Below are positions 1-11,473 of a DNA stretch of 64,000 nt, in pieces. Source of the stretch: the human T2T-CHM13v2.0 reference genome, Homo sapiens; assembly GCF_009914755.1 (NCBI RefSeq), contig NC_060930.1. One strand, 5' to 3'. Below the pieces are notes generated by a model that was not told the origin of the DNA, made no database searches, and worked only from the letters and a program-made list of their open reading frames with translations. Numbering within the stretch: position 1 is the first letter of the stretch; every line of letters begins with the position of its first letter. Position numbers and translations under genes: made by a program.

Positions 1-910
1 AAAACTATAATTCCTAGAAAGTAACATAGGAGAAAATAGAGATAATTTGGGACATGGCAATGACTTTTAGGACCAAAGGCATGATCTATGAAATAAATAA
101 TTGATACTCTGGACTTCATTAAAATTAAAAACTTGTATTCTGTAAAAGACACTGGCAAAGGAATAAGAAGAAAAGCCACAGATGGGAAGAAAATATTTAT
201 AAAAGACACATCAGGTTAAGGACTTTTATTCAAAATATACAAAGAACAATTAAAGCTCAACAATAAGTAAATAAATAGTCCAATTAAAAATTAGCCCAAA
301 AGGCTTGAATAGATACCTCACCAAAGAAGATAAATGAATAATCAATAAGCATATGAAAAGTTGCTAAACATCTATGACAGTAGCGAAATGCAAATTAAGA
401 CAATGATATCTACTACATGCCTGTTAGAATTACCAAAATCCAGAACACCGACAATACCAAATGCTGGAAAGGGTGTACAGCAACAGAAATTCTTATTCAT
501 TGCTGGTGGGAATGCAAAATAGTACAGAAACTTTGGAACACAGTTTGACAATTTCTTAGAAAACTAAACATATTCTTTATATATGATCCAGCAATCACAT
601 TCCTTACTATTTACCCAAATAGGTTGAAAACTTACATTCACACAAAAACCTGTGCATGAATGTTTGTAGCATCCTTATTCATAGGCACCAAAACTTGGAA
701 GCAAACAAGACATCCTTCAGTCAGCAGGGGAATGGTTAAATAAAGTATGATATATCCAGAGAACAGGATATTATTCAGTGCTAAAAAGAAATTAGCTATC
801 AAGTCATAAAAAAATGGGGAAATCTTCAATGCATATTATTAAGTGAAAGAAGCCAATCTGAAGACTACATAGTATAGGATTTCACCTGTATGACATTCTG
901 GAAAAGGAAA
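1..910 (+). mobile_element. L1MC-like LINE-1, ORF2 3' end into 3' UTR (first part, split by a younger L1PA)
   Basis: Old L1 ORF2 C-terminal sequence ending 'tgacattctggaaaagg'; resumes after 2045. Confidence 0.8.
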
Positions 911-2030
911 ATCCTAGAAGAATATCAAGGCAATACCCTTCAGGACAAAGGCATGGGCAAAGATTTTATGTTGAAATCGCCAAAAGCAATTGCAACAAAA
1001 GCAAAAATTGACAAATGGGATCTAATTAAACTAAAAAGCTTCCGCACAGCAAAAGAAACTATCATCAGAGCAAACAGACAACCTACAGAATGGGAGAATA
1101 TTTTTGCAATCAATCCACCTGACAAAGATCTAACATCCAGAATCTACAAGGAACTTAAGCAAATTTACAAGAAAACTAAACCCATTAAAAAGTGGGCAAA
1201 GGACATAAATAGACACTTCTCAAAAGAAGAGATACATGCAGCCAAGCAACATATGAAAAAAAGCTCAACATCACTGATCATTAGAGAAATGCGAAATATG
1301 GTACCTCGGCGAGATACCGTCTCATGCCAGACAAAATGGTGATTATTAAAGTCAAGAAATAACAGATGCTGGTGAGGTTGTGGAGAAACAGGAACACTTT
1401 TACACTATTGACGAGAATGTAAATTAGCTCAATCATTGTGGAAGACAGTTTGGCAATTCCTCAAAGATTTAGAACCAGAAATATCATTTGACTCAGCAAT
1501 CATATTACTGTGTATATACCCAAAGGAATATAAATCATTCCATTAAAAAGGTACATGCACATGTATGTTTGTTGCAGCACTATTCAAAATAGCAAAGACA
1601 TGAAATCAACCCAAATGCCCAACAATGATAGACTGGATAAAGAAAATGTGGTACATATGCACCATGGGATACTATGCAGCTGTAAAAAGGAAGGAGATAA
1701 CGTACTTTGCAGGAACATGGATGAAGCCAGAAGTCATTATCCTTGGCAAACTAACACAGGAACGGAAAACCAAACACTGCATGTTCTAATTTATAAGTGA
1801 GAGCTGAACAATGAGGACACATGGACACAGGGAGGGGAACAACACACATTGGGACCTCTCAGGGGAGGGCAGAGGGTGGGGTAGAGCATCAGGAAAAATA
1901 GCTAATGCATGCCAGGCTGAATATCTAGGTGATGGATTGATAAGTGCAGCAAACCACCATGGCACATATTTACCTATGTAACAAACCTGCACATCCTGCA
2001 CATGTACTCTGAAATTTAAAAAAACATGAA
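911..2030 (+). mobile_element. 5'-truncated L1PA (about L1PA10-13) inserted into the L1MC
   Basis: 'gacaaatgggatctaattaaactaaaaagcttc' and an L1PA-type 3' UTR; ORF 890-1342 is L1 ORF2p ([20 protein letters not shown]). Confidence 0.9.
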
Positions 2031-2065
2031 TAAAGTGTGGACAACAACAATGGAGCTAAAATTCA

Positions 2066-2435
2066 AAATTCTCTCTCTCTCCCTCTCTCTCTATATATAT
2101 GGGTAAATATATAAATTTGGTAAATATATAAATATGGGTAAATACATAAAAATTTAAATATGGGTAAATACATATTTCTCTCTCTATATATATATATGGG
2201 TAAATATATAAATTTGGTAAATATATAAATATGGGTAAATACATAAAAATTTAAATATGGGTAAACATAAAAATTTGAAATTCTATCTCTCTATATATAA
2301 TGGGTAAATATATAAATTTGGTAAATACATAAATATGGGTAAATACATTAAAAATCTATCTATATCTATATATCTATATATATATACATATATATATAGA
2401 TATACATAGACAGAGAGAGAGAGAGAGAGAGGGAG
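2066..2435. repeat. Higher-order minisatellite (about 100-bp units built from about 18-bp monomers) plus (TA)n/(GA)n
   Basis: Three blocks '(ct)n(at)n gggtaaatatataaatttggtaaata..taaatatgggtaaatacat' near 2070, 2177 and 2282. Confidence 0.9.
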
Positions 2436-2822
2436 ATATCAGTGGTTGCCAGGAGAGGGAGGGATGAATAGGTAAAATATAGAGGCATTTAGGGCAGCGA
2501 AACTATTCTGTATGATACTGTAATCGTATGTATAAGTTATTACACAATTGTCAAAACTAATGGAATGTGCATCACAGGAAGTAAACCCTAATGTAATCAC
2601 AGGAAGTAAATCCTAATGTAAACTATGGAGTTTGGGTGAAGACGTGGCATTGTAGGTTCATCAGCTGTAACAAATGCACCACTCTGGGGCAGGATGTTGA
2701 TAGTGAAGGAGGCTGCGAGAGTGTGGGGGTAGGCGATATGTGGAAACTCTGTACTTTCTGCTCAGTCTTTCTGTGAACCTAAAACTGCTCTAAAAAAATA
2801 AAGTGCATTTAAAAGAAAAAAA
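2436..2822 (+). mobile_element. L1MC-like 3' UTR (second part)
   Basis: 'atcagtggttgccagg...ctgtgaacctaaaactgctctaaaaaaataaag'; contains a 25-bp tandem duplication at 2571-2595/2596-2620. Confidence 0.85.
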
Positions 2823-2949
2823 ATAAGATAGTCAGAAAAATATTACTGTCTTAAAGTAGGAATCTTAACTCTGTGTATTATGTGTATTTATACCAAATTA
2901 TTTTTGCTTCAAATGTATGAAATTTTAATTTAAATAAGCAATAAATACG

Positions 2950-3575
2950 TAAAAATATTCAAATTCATGAGTCATCTTGAAAATAAAGTTAATTTGTAAT
3001 GAAATATATCAAAAGACTAAGAAGAAAAATAGTAACAAACTTTTGCAAGAATGTTACTTGCAAAAGAACGTTGTATCATTCAACCACTTTGGAAAACCAT
3101 TTGGCAGGTCTCCTAAAGCCAAATTATACCTGCCCTTTGACCCCAAAAAACATGAACTATCATGGCCGTAATAGCATCATTTTAATAGTCAAAATATGGA
3201 AACAACCCAAGTGTCCAATAGTAGCATAAATCACTAGTGATATGTTCACATAATAGAATACTCCATAGCAATGAGGATAGACTTCAACTGTGTGCAAGAG
3301 TGTGAAGGAGTCTCATATATATAACTTTAAGCAAAACAGGCCAGACATGAAAAGAGCTCAGACTTTATTATTCCATATTTATTATGCACAAAAACAAACC
3401 AATCCCAGTAGAGTAGTGAGTGAGAGGAGGCTGAAGAGAGCTTAGGCTGCTGCCAGTGTTGTGTTTCTTGATCTAAGTGCTGTTATTTGATTGTGTATGG
3501 TATATAAAAATCTATTGAACTGAGTATTAATGAAACACTTAATTTACCTCATGTATACTGTATTTCAATAGAGAA
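2950..3575 (+). mobile_element. Ancient L1ME 3' fragment
   Basis: 'caaccactttggaaaac', 'ggaaacaacccaagtgtcca', 'gtttcttgatctaagtgc'. Confidence 0.65.
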
Positions 3576-3688
3576 AAATATACACTAAATGTAAAGGCTT
3601 TTGTTAATGTATATGTAAAGATAGAATTGTTTAAATATTTTATTGAAATACATATTTAAATAACAAAAGGATTTTAATCTAGCATCAC

Positions 3689-3812
3689 CTCCTTGTGTTT
3701 CTTCGCTTCATGATAATTCAACAACTTCATAACCATGAAAAGTTTAGGCTGCTGTGCACTCGTTGAACAGGAGAGACAGGCGCATAGAAGCTGGCCTGAA
3801 GTTCCTTTCAAA
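3689..3812 (-). pseudogene. Exon 12 (124 nt, phase 2 to 0; 3' boundary uncertain)
   Basis: ccatcattttcag|...GAG|gtgatg; open frame LKGTSGQLLCACLSCSTSAQQPKLFMVMKLLNYHEAKKHKE. Confidence 0.65.
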
Positions 3813-4081
3813 CTGAAAATGATGGTTCTTTTGCAAAAATCATTCTTGTTTTTCTATAGGTTGTAGTATTAAATACTATGAACTAATGTTTGCTACATAA
3901 CATATAACATTTAGAGTACAACTTAATTCTGAAGTTGTGTATTTATCTAAAATTATAAGATGCTAGTAATTGTCATAATGTGGAGACGTTCTATTTGCTG
4001 GCATACCAAAGGTTGTGGGCACAAGATCTTTCTCTGAATATGTTTTTCTCTACCAAATATTTTGACACATATAAGAATAGA

Positions 4082-5265
4082 ATCCTTTGTAAGCTGTATT
4101 CGTAGGTATTTTATTCTCTTTGTAGCAATTGTGAATAGGAGTTCAATCATGATTTGGCTGTCTGTCTGTTATTGGTTATAGGAATGCTTGTGATTTTTGC
4201 ACACTGATTTTGTATCCTGAGAGTTTGCTGAAGTTGCTTATCAGCTTAAAGAGATTTTGGGCAATGAGATCTAATTAAACCAAAGAGCTTCTGCACAGCA
4301 AAAGAAACTATCATCAGAGTGAACAGGCAACCTACAGAACAGGAGAAAATTTTTGCAATCTATCCATTTGACAAAAGGATAATATCCAGAATCTACAAGG
4401 AACTTAAGCAAATTTACAAGAAAAAAACAACTCCATCAAAAAGTGGGTGAAGGATATGAACAGACACTTCTCAAAAGAAGACATTTATGCAGTCAACAAA
4501 CATATGAAAAAAAGTTCATCATCACTGGTCATTAAAGAAATGCAAACCAAAACCACAATGAGATACCATCTCACGTCAGTTAGAAAGGCAATCATTAGTC
4601 AGGAAACAACAGATGCTGGAGAGGATGTGGAGAAATAGGAATGCTTTTACACTGTTGGTGAGAGTGTAAATTAGTTCAACCATTGTGGAAGACAGTGTGG
4701 CAATTCCTCAAGGATCTGGAACCAGAAATATCATTTGACCCAGCGATCCCATTACTGGGTATATACCCAAGGATTATACATCATTCTACTATAAAGACAC
4801 ACGCACAGGTATGTTTACTGCAGCACTGTTAACAACAGCAAAGACTTGGAACCAATCCAAATGCCCATCAATGATAGACTGGATAAAGAAAATGTGGCAC
4901 ATATATACCATGGAATATGATACAGCTATAAAAAGAATGAGTTCATGTCCTTTGCAGGGACATGGATGAAGCTGGAAACCATCATTCTCAGCAAACTAAC
5001 AGAGGAACAGAAAACAAAACACTGCATGTTCTCACTCATAAGTGGGAGTTGAACAATGAGAACATACTGACACAGGGAGGGAAACATCCCACACCAAGGC
5101 CGACTGGGGGTGGGGGCTAGGGGAGGGATAGCATTAGGAGAAATACCTAATGTAGGTGACAGGTTGATGGGTGCAGCAAACCACCATAGAACGTGTATAC
5201 CTATGTAACAAAACTGCACGTTCTGCATATATATCCCATAACTTAAGGTATAATAATTAAAAAAT
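4082..5265 (+). mobile_element. L1PA6/7-like element with 5' inversion (4082-4262 antisense, 4263-5265 sense)
   Basis: Antisense ORF2 piece 'gtattttattctctttgtagcaattgtgaa' joined directly to sense 'aatgagatctaattaaac...' and an L1PA 3' UTR. Confidence 0.9.
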
Positions 5266-5537
5266 AGAGATAGAGTACTTAAAGGATTATTGTGAAGAAT
5301 AAGGAGACCATTATGCCAAGTGTCTCCTTTACAGTATAAACCTAATAAATATTGATTCCTTCAAAAAAAAACAAAAAATCCGAGGGCATTTGGACACAGC
5401 ACTGACGGTGTCTGCTAGAATGCGTGTGCTTTTTTTTTTTATTAAATCAAAGACAAATTTAAGTGGTTGTTTGCTTAATTATGCCCTTTACAAAATTATT
5501 ACTTTTTTCTAAGGATTCCCTCTAAATAATGAGGATG

Positions 5538-5974
5538 TTGGGCATTTGTATGTCTCTTTTTAATAAACGTCTATTAAGGTCTTTTGCCCATTTTTAAAAT
5601 TGAGTTGTTTTGTTGCTATTGAGTTGTTTGAGTTCCTTATATATTTTGGATATTAACCCGTCATCAAATGTATAGTTTTCAGGGGTATTTTTTTCATTTT
5701 GTAGGTAGGTTGTCTCTTCACTGTTGATTGTCTCCTTTGCTGTGCAGATTCTTTTTAGGAATAAGTTCAAGAGGTCTATTATACAACATGGTGACTACAG
5801 TTAATAATTCTATTGTATTCTTGAAAGTACCAAGAGAGTAGATATAAAGTGTTCACACCACAAAAATGATAGCTATCTGAGGTAATGCATATGTTAATTA
5901 GCTAGAGTTAGTCATTCTACAATGTATGCATATGTCAAAAGGTAAATACATCCATTTTATCTGTCATTTTTAAA
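5538..5974 (+). mobile_element. Short L1MA with 5' inversion
   Basis: Antisense ORF2 at 5538-5757, then sense 3' UTR; TSD aatgaggatg at 5528-5537 and 5975-5984. Confidence 0.85.
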
Positions 5975-7148
5975 AATGAGGATGAATTTATACATTGATA
6001 AGGCCAAGTCTACTATCAAACATCTCTATGATAAATTTTAAAAGACTACCATGAGAACAAAGTCATGAAAGAATAATAGAAAGAACAGTAAAAATATCAA
6101 AGCATTGAATATAGGAGTGTAACAAAAAGTAGCAAAATTGAAAGCAATCATGAAAATATCTGATTATAGCTTGCAAATTGAGGTTGTATGTAAAAGTAAT
6201 AAAAATAAAATTTAAAAACTAGAGGGTTAAAATTTTGAATGATTTGAGTCTGAGTCATAATTAAAATTTGAACTAGTTGTCATAGTCCTCAGCAAAATGA
6301 AGAATTTGCCTAGAGCTTGGTAAAGAAAGACAAAAAGGATGAAAAAGTATCCATATGGCATAAACCTCACAGAAATAAGGGACTTTGTGCTAGAGAAGAA
6401 GAGTAATCACTTGAAAGTAGCCTTGGAGACCCAAGGGAATGTCAGTGTCATCTCCCAGATCTTTGATCAGCCTCCACTTGAGCAATCTACAGGGAAAGGA
6501 ATGAAACTAGGATGTACTGTTCTTCCGTAGGGTATGGAAGTTTACGTAATGATGCTTGGGAGCTTGTGGCAATAGAAAGATTCCTGGAGCACCATGAAAA
6601 CATTATGGAGGGAGTAGATCTAAGAAAGAATGAGCCTTGAGAGCATAAATGCAAAAATAGGATGGTCAAGGAATAAAAATCTGAGAAAGGCTGGGTAACA
6701 AAAGACCATCATTTGGGATGAAGACCAGCATTGAATGGTAAACTTGAAATTAACTGTCCTTGAGGCTTCAAATGAAACCTTTGGGGAAGATGAGTGAAAA
6801 GGAGGCGTAAATAAGGAGTTATACCTCAATATTACCCTCACCCAAAAATCACAGCAAAGAAATCAAGATTGAAAGGCATTATTTGAAAGGATCATGATTA
6901 ATTCATGGAAAATAAATACCTTAGTTTTTAGTTTCTATAAATTGAAATACAAAAATGTCTTCAACCTATGTTTTAGGATTTGTTTAACTGATATCAGATA
7001 CAATGATATATTATGTTTTGTCAATTGTGGAGAGGTTACACATTTTCTATGCCAGATGAAAATAGGATTGGGAGTTTAAGTGATAGAATGGAAAGGAATT
7101 TTATGATACAGTGTGAGGAAGTATATACTACGTTTGACTATATACTAC

Positions 7149-7305
7149 CTCTTAAGCAAAAAGATGCTTTGATAAAAGTTCATGGCTTCAGATAGAATTT
7201 TGGTGAAAGCTGGTTAATATTTCTCTTCAGGCGGTTGTTTGAGCATTGTTTGGAAAAGCCTCTTCTTTCTTTTAGATCAGTCTGAAGGTTCCCCTGACAT
7301 TAAGA
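7149..7305 (-). pseudogene. Exon 11 (157 nt; SEA-like N-terminal half)
   Basis: aaatgttcag|...AAGAG|gtagta (weak sites); LNVRGTFRLI, then a frameshift to SKRKKRLFQTMLKQPPEEKY*PAFTKILSEAMNFYQSIFLLK, ends phase 2. Confidence 0.55.
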
Positions 7306-7687
7306 CTGAACATTTAAGATGTGTTTTAAGATTTTTTAAATAAATAAAATTAAACTAAAAAAAAACTGAATTTGTTCATGAAATTAGTCAAAGGGCCAAA
7401 AAGAGGGAGCCTGAAGTTTAAGCTAGTAATTTAGTCTACTTACTAAGAGCAACTGCAAATGGCATATTCAGCTTATTTATGACAACTGACATTTTAAAAA
7501 TCTTTTCTCAAAATTGAGTATTTTCTCTCATTCATTTACTAATACAAAATAATTGAATTTTTCTGAAAATTTAAAATGAAATCCTTGCCATGTGCTAGGA
7601 TAAAATTAGACAATAAATAGGTCTATAAAGATAAATAGGAAACACGCAGTCCATATATTCCCACCTCATAAAGTTCAACTAAAATAC

Positions 7688-7708
7688 CTCCAGGGACATA
7701 AATAACAA
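7688..7708 (-). pseudogene. Exon 10 (21-nt micro-exon)
   Basis: ctaattatgcgtttttccatag|TTGTTATTTATGTCCCTGGAG|gtattt; frame-preserving. Confidence 0.55.
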
Positions 7709-7878
7709 CTATGGAAAAACGCATAATTAGATAAACAGGAGATAACTTTTCAAATATGATTAAATTTTTTTAAAAACCTGAAATCATTAATTTTTACTAA
7801 TGTATTTTCAACTGAACATGCATATTATACACATACAGACTTTTAAATTTGTAATATATTTAAATTTTTAATTATTAC

Positions 7879-8110
7879 CATATTCCATCCTTAGTCAAAT
7901 CCTTAATAACTTTAATGTGAAGTACAAAGATATTTCCTCTGTATTTCAATGCTAATATAAATTTTCTCTTTATCTCTGCATGGTGCTCACACTTTACTAT
8001 GTAACCATGTATTATTCTCTGATTTTTTATTTCTATGGCTTTCCTACGGTCATGAATCAATAAATGATTGCATAAAAAGTCCGTATTTCCTGACAGATGT
8101 GATTTTTATA
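7879..8110 (-). pseudogene. Exon 9 (232 nt, phase 1 to 2)
   Basis: tttatctctcctctatccag|...ATG|gtaata; I*KSHLSGNTDFLCNHLLIHDRRKAIEIKNQRIIHGYIVKCEHHAEIKRKFILALKYRGNIFVLHIKVIKDLTKDGI, about 75 open codons in AT-rich DNA. Confidence 0.75.
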
Positions 8111-8266
8111 CTGGATAGAGGAGAGATAAACAGTATATACCAGGGATGTAATTGCCAAAGTCAATTTAAAGGAGATAGGAGCTTTAGCCTCCACTCTATC
8201 TGTTATGATCACATTCCAAATACAGTTACTAACAAAATGTATACTGATGTCAAACAAGCAACTCAC

Positions 8267-8314
8267 TCCTGGGGCATTCCATTCTTTTTTATTTGCAACT
8301 GCTATCATGGTATC
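8267..8314 (-). pseudogene. Exon 8 (48 nt, phase 1 to 1)
   Basis: ctcatttcatatag|...GGA|gtgagt; G-YHDSSCK*KRMECPR. Confidence 0.7.
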
Positions 8315-8723
8315 CTATATGAAATGAGCTCTGCTTACATAAATGCATGTTAGTAATTTTTAAATATGAATTCTGGCTTTGTGACAATTGTCATAAAATG
8401 GGTAATGTAAAACATACTAAAAATATTTTAGGAGTGACAAGGTGTATGTCTTATTCAATATTTGAAGATTTTTTAAACCAAGGTTGAAAGACTCAAAGGA
8501 TACACTAACAAGTCAAATTTATAGTCTATGTGCTCATATATCGTACTAGTCTGTTATGAGCTGAGGAGAACTCAGACAACAAAATAAACCTTGCTTGACC
8601 CCACAAGCCTGTGTGTAGAAAATGTGTTTTGTAGCTTGACTTTATTGTTATTGGACGTCATTTTACATTTTTAGATCTTCAAAGGATAGTTGATTAAATA
8701 AACAAATTACTTAATGAGTTTAC

Positions 8724-8920
8724 CTATATGTTTCAGTATTTTATCCAAAAATACTACACCTGTAAATTTTTGGACTACTTCCCAAAGTTTATTCTGATAA
8801 TATTCTCCATTCATAGAAGATAAACTCCTCATTTACCAGAAGACCAAATTTTTGATTGAGAAATTTATTTGATAAGTAACTGTTACATTCATTTTACTTA
8901 AGTCTGTTGTCAACTAAAAT
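8724..8920 (-). pseudogene. Exon 7 (SEA-like N-terminal half; acceptor before 8920 or 8913)
   Basis: tttgtttttatag|...TAG|gtaaac; LTTDLSKMNVTVTYQINFSIKNLVFW*MRSLSSMNGEYYQNKLWEVVQKFTGVVFLDKILKHI, ends phase 1. Confidence 0.75.
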
Positions 8921-9299
8921 CTATAAAAACAAATTATGCTTAAATGATAATGTTCAATAAAGGGAATTAAATAAAAGGTAACTACCAGTGAACTAAGCCA
9001 ATGTATTTTCTATTTTCTTGCTGATCTGTTCAAGAATTTTCTTTATTTAACTGATTCATCACTAAACCTTTCCCTAAATGATGTTAAAAGTAATTGTTAT
9101 CTAGTGATTTTTAAAGAGTCAAAGCAGCTAGAATAATTGGGGAAAATAGGCTCCCTTTCCTTTATTTCATTTAAAATTGCCTTTCTGAGGTAGATAGAAC
9201 TCATGATACAACGTTTCCATTTTTATTATATGATAGCAAAGGAACATTAATTGATTTTTTTCATTTTTGGTATGTTTCTATCAGTGTAGCATGTCTTAC

Positions 9300-9419
9300 A
9301 CAGAGACATACTCATTTGGTCATTTGATACACATATTCTCACATTTATGAAATTATCACCATATAGCATACTGTATGGATTCAGAGTTCTTATTTCAAAC
9401 CGAACATGTTATAGAGTCT
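9300..9419 (-). pseudogene. Exon 6 (120 nt, phase 1 to 1; CUB-like C-terminal half)
   Basis: cttaactattctttactttctctag|...|gtaaga (alternative donor gtatgt after 9312); TL*HVRFEIRTLNPYSMLYGDNFINVRICVSNDQMSMSL. Confidence 0.75.
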
Positions 9420-9523
9420 CTAGAGAAAGTAAAGAATAGTTAAGTAATAGACTTCATCACTACATGACTCAGCCATGATGAACTCAGATATCATTGGCAA
9501 ATGCCAATCATTTATATACTCAC

Positions 9524-9681
9524 TTTCTAGTCCCACGTATATAATTAAATCATAAGCATGGAATTTTGTTCAATATCCTATATTTTTATACTGGCTTTGA
9601 GCACAGCATATTCAAAACTGTTAGTTGTTTCAGAAATGTTTATAACACATAAACAATTTCCAACTGTTTTAACTGAATGCC
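9524..9681 (-). pseudogene. Exon 5 (158 nt; CUB-like N-terminal half)
   Basis: ttctattctttag|...AAA|gtgagt; HSVKTVGNCLCVINISETTNSFEYAVLKASIKI, then a frameshift to ...TKFHAYDLIIYVGLE. Confidence 0.75.
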
Positions 9682-9759
9682 CTAAAGAATAGAATTGGAA
9701 ATCACTTCACCAGAATAAGACTTTTTTTAATGCAGAAATAGCATTTTAATTAAGATTAC

Positions 9760-10052
9760 GCTTCCTTTTTTAACAGATGGAACTCTGTCAAGGCATGCTA
9801 TTCTTTTCTGTTCAAAATGCACTATATTCTGTAAAAACTGCTAAGCAATTATTGGGTCAAAAATTGTGTGTGTAGTCAGCTACAACTGTGAGGATTTTCT
9901 GTAGGGAACAATGGGGACCCACCTGTACAGTATGCTCTGTAAAAGTGTCAGAGCTGCTATTTCAGGATCCAATGCCTGTGATGTGTGAGTGAATGCAATA
10001 TGCATATCAGTTTTCATTATTGGGAAGTGTCACTTGCTGCCCAATTTGAAGA
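9760..10052 (-). pseudogene. Exon 4 (293 nt)
   Basis: attttgatgtag|...AGC|gtaatc; main frame ...ALDPEIAALTLLQSILYRWVPIVPYRKSSQL*LTTHTIFDPIIA*QFLQNIVHFEQKRIACLDRVPSVKKGS. The frame of the first 25 codons is ambiguous. Confidence 0.65.
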
Positions 10053-10129
10053 CTACATCAAAATACAGTTTATAAACATAAATATATGAAGGAGCATTGA
10101 ACTGTGGGCAATATAAAGGCACACACAGC

Positions 10130-10300
10130 CTTTGGCATATGAAAGTCTGGCAAATATACTGTATCTTATTTTATACTCAGAATAATCCTATGAGATACCT
10201 TGGTATCATTAAACTAATAAATAAGGTAACCAACTTCCCAAGAGTTAAAGTATTTTTGAGATATAGTGTACATTAAAATATAAATCCCTTCTACATGACT
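10130..10300. mobile_element. MIR fragment
   Basis: 'tcttattttatactcagaataatcctatgagata' resembles the MIR core. Confidence 0.45.
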
Positions 10301-11473
10301 GATTTTCCCATTGAGGAGACTGCCTAGTTTTACATATTTGCTGCAAAAACATATAGTGGAAGCTAGCTATTTTGTGGTTTCAAAAGATTCTCTTGGTGGA
10401 TTTGGATACCAAGTTATGAAATACAGAAAAAGGTGAGCTAGGCTAAAAGAAATTATGTCTTTCTTTCTGATCACTCATCTTGACAAAATGCACAGTCACT
10501 GAAGATACTTCTAGTGTTTAGGACAAGAACATCATTTTTATGCCTTGAGAACAAAATAGTTTTAAAAGATATAGCTGGGTTAATCATTATTCCTGGAAGT
10601 CATTTCTGGGTTCTAAAGAGTCTGCATCAAATTGTTCATGATGTGATATTTGTCATCTGTTCACACATCTTTCAACACAGTAAATTATTTAAGAGGAATA
10701 TAATATCAGAGCTGTATTCAATTGGCTACTGGTAAATGAGAAGCTGAGGCTTTTGGAAACATAGCTGGAAAACTAGTAGAACATATCTATGCTGCAAAAA
10801 GCAGGCTCAGAGTTAGCAATAGAGAAAAAAATCTGGCACAATCCTGTTCTCAGGATCACCAAGGTAGTGATCTTTAAGTTAAGTGGTCAGGATCAAGGAG
10901 ATTTTAAAAGTTGAAGACAAGGACATAGCATCAATATCAATGTTAAGGAGATTTGGTACTGAGCAAATCCCTGGTCTCAACCAGGAAATTTTAAATACTC
11001 TCTATTTAGGGCAAGATAAGATGTCCCAAGTTTAAGACTCAACAGATGAAGTATATATAACAAGAGATTTAAGAGATAATGACTGAACCCTCAGCATAGA
11101 GAATCATGTCTCTTTTCTCATATAACCAATTTAGGTATATTTACATAAAATAAGAAATAATATGCTGGCACATTTATATACATTTTCACATACTCCTTAT
11201 AAAAATGCTCAAATCATTAGCCAAGATAAGATATCTCTTATTTGGCCAAGCTGTTCTTTTTGTTCCTTTTGTTTCATTTTGCTTTTCTGTTCTGGGATAT
11301 TGATGATCTTGGTGCATAGCTGTTCTCTTCCCAGACAGTTTTAACCAAATTATGGTTTAATTATTGTCAGTATTCGCCTCTGACTTTACTCAGCCTTTAT
11401 GTATGGTTTGGATCAAATGATTTTCATGGAGGTTAGTTTTCCCCTGAACATTTACAGATCTGCTGGATGTCTG

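Noticed and set aside
890-1342. 150-aa ORF
   Set aside because: L1 ORF2p fragment spanning an L1MC/L1PA junction, not a host gene.
2056-2370. CRISPR-like periodicity and 62-aa repetitive ORF
   Set aside because: Eukaryotic low-complexity tandem repeat without unique spacers.
3744-3812. Alternative frame FERNFRPASMRLSLLFNECTAA* ending in a CAAX-like motif
   Set aside because: It needs phase 0 from a stop-containing frame of exon 11. The phase-2 frame is fully open and fits the repeat pattern, and prenylation is implausible for a signal-peptide protein. Not fully excluded.
7115-7153. let-7-like AGAGGTAGTA within a hairpin
   Set aside because: The stem is only 13 bp and the match ends after 10 nt; not a pre-miRNA.
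7879-7960. LKYRGNIFVLHIKVIKDLTKDG resembling the start of a PI3K-C2-type C2 domain
   Set aside because: Short similarity only; the following exons lack C2 motifs and the context is extracellular.
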